Made by a program: the position numbers and the translations under genes
Shown: in pieces, positions 57,124-64,000 of the stretch
Numbering within the stretch: the stretch's first letter is position 1
Layout: every line of letters starts with the position of its first letter
Assembly: GCA_965279515.1 (NCBI GenBank)
Contig: CBDIID010000003.1
Location: 2,752,001 to 2,816,000, forward strand
Length of the DNA stretch: 64,000 nt
Direction: 5' to 3'
Source: Turneriella sp.
Lineage (GTDB): Bacteria > Spirochaetota > Leptospiria > Turneriellales > Turneriellaceae
Notes under the pieces: model-generated
The model's database searches: none
Told to the model about the DNA's origin: nothing
Seen by the model: the letters and a program-made list of their open reading frames with translations, nothing else

Positions 57124-58146
57124 CTACGGTCGTCGCACGGGACGGAAACCGATGCTGGAGAACGCCTGATACGGGGAAATCGCGTTGATGCGGCTCGAGG
57201 TGCGTACAATGCCGGAACCGGGATCGTTCCAGCTACCGCTACGCCTGATACGAAGCGGGCCGGTTGCTGGGCCTATGCTATCCGCATCCGTGTAAGGTGA
57301 GGCGGTTGTATACGAGCCATTCCAGTCCCAAACCCATTCATAAACGTTGCCACTCATATGATAGAGGCCCAAAGCATTGGGTGCTTTGGTGTCTACCGGG
57401 TGTGTTGTTGTGGTATTGCCTGTAGTGCCATTAACGATGTTGCCGAACCAAGCTACGAAATCTGTTGCGGCAAAGTCAGAAACGTCGGCTGTTGCCCCGC
57501 TCGCATAGTTGCCCGGAGTGAATGCGGTGCCGTTAATATAACGTGCCGCATATTCCCACTCCACTTCGGTGGGCAACCGATAACCATTCGCCGACCAGTT
57601 GACGAAAGGAAAATCTATGCTGCCACTCCCCGGTGTGCCCAGAATCGAGAAGGTAGCCGACGAGGTTTTCTGCACGACCGAAAAACCAGCGTCACTGTAA
57701 TACACAGGGGTCAGTCCATCTTTTTGCGATGCCGCGTTGCACCAGAGGATGCTATCCCGCCAACTAACAGCCGTCACCGGGTGCTGGTCGGTGCGCGCTC
57801 CGTTGTCACCCGGAATGCCTGGGTTGGCGAAAGTGTACCCGTTATTCGTGGCCCAAGCCTTCACCGTTACCCAGTCGCTGTATTGCACCTCATATTTCGC
57901 GATGGCGAACGCGGTGATCGAGGGAACCGTGTGCGTCAGTTCAATACCAGTATCGTCCATAACGAAACCGGTAGTATTCGCTGGCACGCGTACCATCAGC
58001 AGGCTACAAGAGGCCATACTTATGGTGCAACTGCTTGAAATGTCGGTCGAGTCCCAGAATTTACCCCAACTCGTGCAGGAGTGGCTCATCCCTGTTGCTA
58101 TGCAAAGAAAAAACACGCCGATATAAGATATTTTTCCGGATAGCAT
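57124..58146 (-). CDS. SUMF1/FGE-sulfatase-domain lipoprotein
   Basis: AKYEV, HPVTAVSW, YRLPTE.EWEYAAR, PNALGLY.MSGNV.EW, GFRPVR; SHSC lipobox. Confidence 0.88.
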   Translation of the reverse strand: MLSGKISYIGVFFLCIATGMSHSCTSWGKFWDSTDISSSCTISMASCSLLMVRVPANTTGFVMDDTGIELTHTVPSITAFAIAKYEVQYSDWVTVKAWATNNGYTFANPGIPGDNGARTDQHPVTAVSWRDSILWCNAASQKDGLTPVYYSDAGFSVVQKTSSATFSILGTPGSGSIDFPFVNWSANGYRLPTEVEWEYAARYINGTAFTPGNYASGATADVSDFAATDFVAWFGNIVNGTTGNTTTTHPVDTKAPNALGLYHMSGNVYEWVWDWNGSYTTASPYTDADSIGPATGPLRIRRSGSWNDPGSGIVRTSSRINAISPYQAFSSIGFRPVRRP

Positions 58147-58322
58147 TTCCGTAAACATATCAGAATTTTGCCCTTTGTCGACCGGAATGATCATTCAAGA
58201 CCAATTTTTTTGCTTTATTCAGGGCGAGTCTCTGACTTCAGGGGCGCGGCATTAAAAATTTGTTTCATTTACGCCATGTACTTTTTATTAACTTTATTCG
58301 GGAAAATTGTTAAGAATCAAAA

Positions 58323-59243
58323 ATGGCTATGCTTAAAGATAAAATTCTGCAGAAAAAAAGAGGCTTGATATTTTATGGGTTAACACCTCCAAAAATAAAT
58401 ACCGAACCTCAACGCATAGTTGAAATTGCCCATAAGCAGGTTGAAAGGCTTCAAGACATCGATATAGACGGGTTGATATTGTATGATATCCAGGATGAAT
58501 CTGCACGAACGGATGCGCCGCGACCATTTCCATATATACCTACAGTTGCACCGGATAATTACAGCGAAATATACCTGAAAGAATTGAATGTTGCTAAAAT
58601 AATTTATAAAAGTGTCGGTAAATATTCAGCACAGGACTTTAAGACGTGGATAAGTGCTAAAAACCACGAAATAGAATGTGCCGTATTTGTCGGTAGCCCG
58701 TCTAAAAGTCATTTGCCGGCGTTAGCATTACATGACGCCTATAAACTCAAGCGGGAAGTAAATTCACCCATCGTGCTGGGCGGAGTTGCAATCCCGGAAC
58801 GGCATCTGATTAAGAACGATGAACATTTGAGAATGTTTAACAAGATAGATGAGGGCTGTTCTTTTTTCATTTCGCAATGCGTGTATAATATGGATAATGC
58901 TAAAAATCTTTTATCGGATTATTATTATACCGGCGTAGATACGGGTAAACCATTAGTGCCGATCATATTTACATTAACTCCATGTGGTTCACTCAAAACG
59001 CTGGAATTCATGAAATGGCTGGGCATAGATATGCCGCATTGGCTAAATAATGAATTAAAACATTCTGAGAATATTCTACAGAAGTCGCTGGATATTTGCA
59101 GGAAAATAGCTGTGGAGTTGCTGGAATTCAGCGCCGGTAAAAATATACCTGTAGGCTTTAATGTAGAAAGTGTTGCCATCAGAAAAGAAGAGATAGAAGC
59201 CTCTATACATTTGCTGAAAGATGTGAAAGAATTCATGAAATAA
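58323..59243 (+). CDS. Methylenetetrahydrofolate-reductase-like FAD protein
   Basis: YGLTPPK, YDIQDES.R..RPFP, GGVAIPERH, FFISQ, WLGI; AT-rich. Confidence 0.78.
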   Translation: MAMLKDKILQKKRGLIFYGLTPPKINTEPQRIVEIAHKQVERLQDIDIDGLILYDIQDESARTDAPRPFPYIPTVAPDNYSEIYLKELNVAKIIYKSVGKYSAQDFKTWISAKNHEIECAVFVGSPSKSHLPALALHDAYKLKREVNSPIVLGGVAIPERHLIKNDEHLRMFNKIDEGCSFFISQCVYNMDNAKNLLSDYYYTGVDTGKPLVPIIFTLTPCGSLKTLEFMKWLGIDMPHWLNNELKHSENILQKSLDICRKIAVELLEFSAGKNIPVGFNVESVAIRKEEIEASIHLLKDVKEFMK

Positions 59244-59434
59244 GATACAGAAGCTGGCAAAGGCACGACATGGTCATTTTTCAAAGCTTTTTACCGCGGA
59301 TTCCCCCGGCCATCCCCCGCCTTACGCACCAGAATCTGCATTTTTTCGTAACGTAACTGTCACAAACCCAAATTCAGGCGATATCACCTTTAACGGCGGG
59401 AACCCTGAGTTCTCCGCTGGTTAAGGAGAAATAA

Positions 59435-59758
59435 ATGTATATTCAATTGGCCCCAGGAAAAGTAAAAGCGGGTGTGGACGAGACTAAGATTCTTAAAGCA
59501 TCCGACGAATTTGATTCCCAGTTCGTTGCCCGGCAGCCGGGCATCGTCAAGCGCATACTCTTGAAAGGAAAAGACGGCACTTACGCAGATTTGGTCTTCT
59601 TTGAAAGCAAAGAGGCCGCGGATCGGGTCGCACAGGCTGAACAGGCCGGCCATCCGGCATGCGCGAACTTTTTCCAATTGTTTGAGATGGACGAAACAAA
59701 GCCAGATATGGGTGTCCTCAGTTTTCAGGAAATCAAGGCATACGGTAAGCAGATATAA
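59435..59758 (+). CDS. Small dimeric alpha/beta-barrel-like protein
   Basis: AAGGAG RBS; QPG..KR.LL, YADLV.FES. Confidence 0.65.
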   Translation: MYIQLAPGKVKAGVDETKILKASDEFDSQFVARQPGIVKRILLKGKDGTYADLVFFESKEAADRVAQAEQAGHPACANFFQLFEMDETKPDMGVLSFQEIKAYGKQI

Positions 59759-59767
59759 GGTCTGACT

Positions 59768-60652
59768 ATGATTTTTTTAAGCAACAACGCACAGAGAAAA
59801 ACTGAGCATGATTGGGCTGACCTCGTGCGTAAGAGCCTCGCGGGAAACCGCGAGGTGCTGGATCATCTTCTCGCATCATTGCAGCCTTATATTTTCAATC
59901 TCGCCCAAAAAATGCTGCTGAACCCGGATGATGCCGCAGACATTACCCAGGAAGTACTGCTTAAAGTCATCCTGGGTCTCCAGACCTATGCGCCCGAGAA
60001 AGCCGAATTTACAACCTGGGCCTATGCCATAGCGCGGAATCAGCTTCTGAAATTCCGCAAAGGAAAAATCGAGGCCTTGACCGGTTCCTTCGACGAGTTT
60101 GCTGAAGAAATTTATGCCGTCGCCGATGAGGTCATCGAGGCGCGGGAGTTTCAGAATCCGGAGACCCAACTCTTGGTAAAGGAAGCCAATGTCGGCTGCA
60201 TGCTGGGGATGTTGTTGTGCCTGACACGCGAGCAGCGCTTAGTCTTCATTCTCGGCGAAATTCTTGCCCTCAAATCGGACGTAGCTGGTGAAATTTGCGG
60301 AGTCAGTTCTGAGAATTACAGGCAGCAGCTTTCCCGTGCAAGGCGCGATCTTTACTCATTCATGCAGAACAAATGCGGACTTGTCAACAAGGCGAACTCC
60401 TGTCGCTGCCACCGAAAAACGCGAGGCTTCGTTAAGGCAGGATATGTTGACCCGCAAAACATCCGCTTTGCCACGCCACACTATGAAAACGCGAGAATTT
60501 TTTCAGAAGAGCATGCGGCCGCGATGTGCGATCTGGATAATGAGTATGGGCAAATGTTCCGCAACTTGCCCGCATATGATGCCGGGCACACGCTGCTCAC
60601 GGTTGAGAGTCTTTTGCGTTCAGAAGAATTTAAAGGGACCTTCGGCATTTAA
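59768..60652 (+). CDS. ECF sigma factor with Cys-rich C-terminal extension
   Basis: DAADITQEV, F.TW.Y.IARN; CMLGMLLCL; CGLVN..NSCRC. Confidence 0.88.
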   Translation: MIFLSNNAQRKTEHDWADLVRKSLAGNREVLDHLLASLQPYIFNLAQKMLLNPDDAADITQEVLLKVILGLQTYAPEKAEFTTWAYAIARNQLLKFRKGKIEALTGSFDEFAEEIYAVADEVIEAREFQNPETQLLVKEANVGCMLGMLLCLTREQRLVFILGEILALKSDVAGEICGVSSENYRQQLSRARRDLYSFMQNKCGLVNKANSCRCHRKTRGFVKAGYVDPQNIRFATPHYENARIFSEEHAAAMCDLDNEYGQMFRNLPAYDAGHTLLTVESLLRSEEFKGTFGI

Positions 60653-60792
60653 GATACCACTACTCAACCCATAAAACATGGAGTGTCTCCGGACAGGTCG
60701 GTTTTTTTATGGCATGGCATGTGTGCGGCGAGCGTATTTTAAAGGCGGCGGAAAAATCGGGGTTCCGGTCTTTTTGCACTTTAAGGAATCAA

Positions 60793-61266
60793 ATGTTACA
60801 CCTGTTCTGCGGAAAAATCGCATCCGGTAAATCGACGATGGCAAAAGAAATTGCCTCGAAGGAAGGCGCGATAATTATCAGCCAGGATGAATGGATGGCC
60901 ACCTTATTTCCCGGAGAAATTAAATCCATTGAAGATTTTGCCCATGCCCTGGGAAAGTTGCGAAAGGTCATGGGCCCGCACATCGTCATGTTATTGAAAC
61001 GGGGACAAACGGTAGTGCTCGACTTTCATGCAAATACGCTAAATGCGCGCCATTGGATGAAATCCATCTTTGAAGAAGCCGGCGCTGACCATACCCTGCA
61101 TTACATGAAAACGCCGGACGATATCTGCAGAACAAGACTCAATCAAAGGAATGCCAAAGGTGATCATGAATATCAGGTTAGCCAGGATGATTTTGATGCC
61201 TTTGCCCTGCATTTTTTGGCGCCATCAGCGGAAGAAGGTTTCAAGATAAAGATGTATAGGGTTTGA
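60793..61266 (+). CDS. AAA_33-type P-loop kinase
   Basis: CGKIASGKST, SQDEW, VVLDF, C..RL..RN. Confidence 0.85.
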   Translation: MLHLFCGKIASGKSTMAKEIASKEGAIIISQDEWMATLFPGEIKSIEDFAHALGKLRKVMGPHIVMLLKRGQTVVLDFHANTLNARHWMKSIFEEAGADHTLHYMKTPDDICRTRLNQRNAKGDHEYQVSQDDFDAFALHFLAPSAEEGFKIKMYRV

Positions 61267-61301
61267 CTTTTTTGCCGTTTTCTTTGGGATATTATAAATC
61301 A

Positions 61302-61578
61302 CGGGGCGACGGCGGCTGGGCAGACCCGGAAAGAGGATGCCTCGCGACAAACCGGCGGCGAAGTCACCCGACTTTCAAGATCGATGATTTGGGATTTCGC
61401 CTGGCGAGATCGCTCTGAAAGCATCGACTGGATGACGGTCGCTGGGCGCGTCACCGCAGCGACCCGAAACTTTTTTTGGCATTATCCTGAGCCGCACGGC
61501 GTACATGCCTGAAGGATCAATGCCCGCTTTCCCTGCCTCAAACCGCGAAACGCTGCCAAATCCTACCCATCAGCCCCG
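61302..61578. ncRNA. Candidate structured RNA or leader (~280 nt)
   Basis: Closing stem plus at least three internal stems in an intergenic region with no ORF of 60 aa or more. Confidence 0.35.
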
Positions 61579-61608
61579 AGTTCACTGTAAGGAGTTTTCT
61601 CATTTCGC

Positions 61609-62964
61609 ATGGAATCGATCAGAAATTTCGACGCCGGTCGAACACTTACCTACATCGGCATTTTAGAAGGCTTAACCAATGACATGAATTCGGCCATCCT
61701 GGCCGCTACTGGGCGGGGTCAAAGTTTGCCGCCCGAGATCTTCGAAATTGCAACACGCTGCAAGTCAATGCAGCAGCTTTCGGCTGACCTGCAGGAAGAC
61801 CTGGTGACCCTTCTGGACGTTCATGACCAGAAAACGCGCCAGGCGGAGGAACTCGAAATTCTCGTACGCGAAAGGACACAAAAACTCGAAGAGAGCTTCG
61901 CGCAGACGCTGCGGCTGAAAGAAGTCCAGGATGCTGATTATTTTCTTATCTCCCTGTTGCTGAAACCTCTGCTAAAACATGAATTGCAAAGTGAACATTT
62001 CCGGGTTTATTTTGACATCGAGCAGTATAAGAAAATTTTCTTCAAGAACCGTTATGCGGAGATCGGCGGCGATATCTGCGCTGCGCAGGAAATATGGCTC
62101 GGGGATCAACGCTACTGCCTGCTCATGAACGCCGACGCCATGGGCAAGTCGATGCAAGGTGCCGCAGGTTCACTGATACTTTCTGCCGTCCTGCGAACCC
62201 TCATATCACGGCCCACGGTTTCGGGGTTGAGGGGACAGTTTCCCGAACATTGGCTTATCAGCACATTCATCGACCTGCACAGGATATTCGAGTGCTTCGA
62301 GTATAGCATGATGGCTTCAATGTTCATCGGACTGTTGCATGAAGCAACGGGGATTCTCTATTTCATCAACGCGGAGCATCCATATCCCATCCTTTACCGC
62401 AATGGCGCTGCGTCTTTTGTCGAAAGTGCCGCACTAAATAAGATCGGCGCTTTTATCGATCTGGAAAATATTCACGTTAACATACTGGCATTGGAGGCGC
62501 ACGATATTCTATTCGTCGGTTCGGATGGAAAAGACGATTTGATTATCGGCGAACACCACGAAGGCAGCCGAATCTTTAACGAGGACGAAACCAGAATTCT
62601 TCGCCACATTGAAGCAGGCAAGGGTGACGGAGAAAAGGTGCGCGCTGAAATCATAGACGCGGGCAAACTTGCCGATGATTATTCTTTGTTACGCCTGCAA
62701 ATTCTGGACACAGCCGTGACCGCGAACTGGAAAAAGCCGCGGCCCAACCGGGGGTCGCGAATGGAATTTTGCCGGCAAATTCGCGCCGGCGATTATCATG
62801 CGGCACTGGAATCTGCGCTAAGAGCAATGCACGAAGATCCGTTAGATGAGGAAGTTGTAATCGCCTTTGCGAAAACAAATGAGAAGTTATCGAATTTCGA
62901 CGCCGCACGGGTTGCACATGAAAGACTGTTATACAGGGGGAAATCCCCAAAAAAAGCAATCTAA
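61609..62964 (+). CDS. SpoIIE/RsbU-type PP2C phosphatase with coiled coil and C-terminal TPR-like helix
   Basis: IGGD, NADAMGKS.QGA, NAEHP, GSDG.DD, DDYSL. Confidence 0.88.
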   Translation: MESIRNFDAGRTLTYIGILEGLTNDMNSAILAATGRGQSLPPEIFEIATRCKSMQQLSADLQEDLVTLLDVHDQKTRQAEELEILVRERTQKLEESFAQTLRLKEVQDADYFLISLLLKPLLKHELQSEHFRVYFDIEQYKKIFFKNRYAEIGGDICAAQEIWLGDQRYCLLMNADAMGKSMQGAAGSLILSAVLRTLISRPTVSGLRGQFPEHWLISTFIDLHRIFECFEYSMMASMFIGLLHEATGILYFINAEHPYPILYRNGAASFVESAALNKIGAFIDLENIHVNILALEAHDILFVGSDGKDDLIIGEHHEGSRIFNEDETRILRHIEAGKGDGEKVRAEIIDAGKLADDYSLLRLQILDTAVTANWKKPRPNRGSRMEFCRQIRAGDYHAALESALRAMHEDPLDEEVVIAFAKTNEKLSNFDAARVAHERLLYRGKSPKKAI

Positions 62965-64000
62965 TAAACCGCAATGCCCTGGGCATTCGTGGCTGATTGC
63001 AGATTAATTTGGGTTAGGGCACCGGTTTGCTGGTCAATGGTGTAAGAACCCACCTGATTTGTCGTCGAACCATAGCTAATAACCGCAAAACGACCGCTGG
63101 CCTCGATCGCGATAAATGTCGGAAAATTCGCCACACTCAACGTTTGTACCGTGGTCGGGAAACCCGTCGAAGCGTTAATGCTGAATACGGAAATCGAGGG
63201 GCCGCTTGTGTTCACAATATAAACAAAGCGGCCCGTGGGATCGACAGCGGCGCCTTGGGGATTCGAACCGACGGAAACTGTGCCTAACAGCGTCAGCAGG
63301 CCGGTGGATGCATTGATGGAGTAGTAGGACATCGTTTGCGGAGTATTGTTTGCAGAATACAGATAATTACCACTGGGCTCGATGACCGGCGTTAGCGGAC
63401 TCGCACCGCCTGCGGAAACCTGTCCGGCCAGGCCCGTCAGGCTTCCGCTAGTCTGATTTACCTGTGCGACATAGATTTGGTTATCCCCACTCGAAGAAAC
63501 ATAAACGTATTTACCATTCGGATGAATACCGATGCCCGACGGAGCGCTACCTGAAAGCGCAAGATTGGCAGCGCTGAGCGGCGCTCCCGTGCTCATATTG
63601 ATTGAGTATTGCGTAACGGTTGAATTATTAGCGGCGCCATAAAGCACCGAAAGGGTTGGGTGATAGACAAACCCCCGGTTGAAGGTCACATCGGCATAGG
63701 TTGATCCGGTACTGGGCACACCCGTGGACTGGTTGATGCTGGAATAATTCAACGAAGTGCCGGAATTGGTACTCGAGACCAGGACTTTTCCATTAGGGTC
63801 CATCGCAACGGGTATTGTCAGCGACCCATTGGGCACCGTTAGGAACGTACTCACATTGCCCGTTGTCTGATTCAAGGTAGCGTATGAGAGGTTGGCCGAG
63901 GTAAAATTTCCCGTAAACACCCACTTACCAATATCCTTAGTCGTGTACGTGGTACTCGTGTATTCGCTGCCCAGTGCCACGCCTTGATAACTCCTGAGCC
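62961..64000 (-). CDS. Lactonase-type beta-propeller protein (3' part; frame open to window end)
   Basis: Repeats HPNGKYVYV, DPTGRFVY, YSINASTG.LT. Confidence 0.85.
   Translation of the reverse strand, partial: LRSYQGVALGSEYTSTTYTTKDIGKWVFTGNFTSANLSYATLNQTTGNVSTFLTVPNGSLTIPVAMDPNGKVLVSSTNSGTSLNYSSINQSTGVPSTGSTYADVTFNRGFVYHPTLSVLYGAANNSTVTQYSINMSTGAPLSAANLALSGSAPSGIGIHPNGKYVYVSSSGDNQIYVAQVNQTSGSLTGLAGQVSAGGASPLTPVIEPSGNYLYSANNTPQTMSYYSINASTGLLTLLGTVSVGSNPQGAAVDPTGRFVYIVNTSGPSISVFSINASTGFPTTVQTLSVANFPTFIAIEASGRFAVISYGSTTNQVGSYTIDQQTGALTQINLQSATNAQGIAVY

Noticed and set aside
61302..61578. tmRNA (minus strand begins GGGGCTGAT..GGATTTGGC) or c-di-GMP riboswitch
   Set aside because: No T-arm or CCA end and too short for tmRNA; the c-di-GMP-I core is not matched

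Overview
Bacterial chromosomal window. Spirochaete-type lipoboxes, a CNG K+ channel and SUMF1/beta-propeller lipoproteins suggest Leptospiraceae, possibly Turneriella-like (inference, not a database result). The conventional content is a CNG channel, an abrB-vapC TA pair, AlkC- and AlkZ-type glycosylases, a desaturase facing a double hemerythrin, roxA-GNAT-Crp, purM and a dispersed purine-catabolism cluster (xdhA-orf-xdhB-xdhC, puuD, allB, an allantoate amidohydrolase and a plant-type ureidoglycolate amidohydrolase). Four less ordinary signals stand out. (1) An integron-like cassette array at 52.4-57.0 kb has unusually long modular attC-like sites (184-313 bp) and cassette-specific terminal inverted repeats. 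A catalytically intact IntI-like tyrosine recombinase lacking the canonical I2 helix lies 22 kb away. (2) Three separate modules each pair a [TolB/CsgG-like domain + outer-membrane beta-barrel] gene with overlapping lipoprotein gene(s), a candidate surface-lipoprotein export/display system. (3) GC-rich palindromic elements sit in frame inside xdhB (twice) and allB. (4) There is a tRNA-like 90-nt element and a highly structured ~280-nt leader. One clear pseudogene is at 9.1-10.0 kb. No rRNA, canonical tRNA, CRISPR array or IS transposase was seen.
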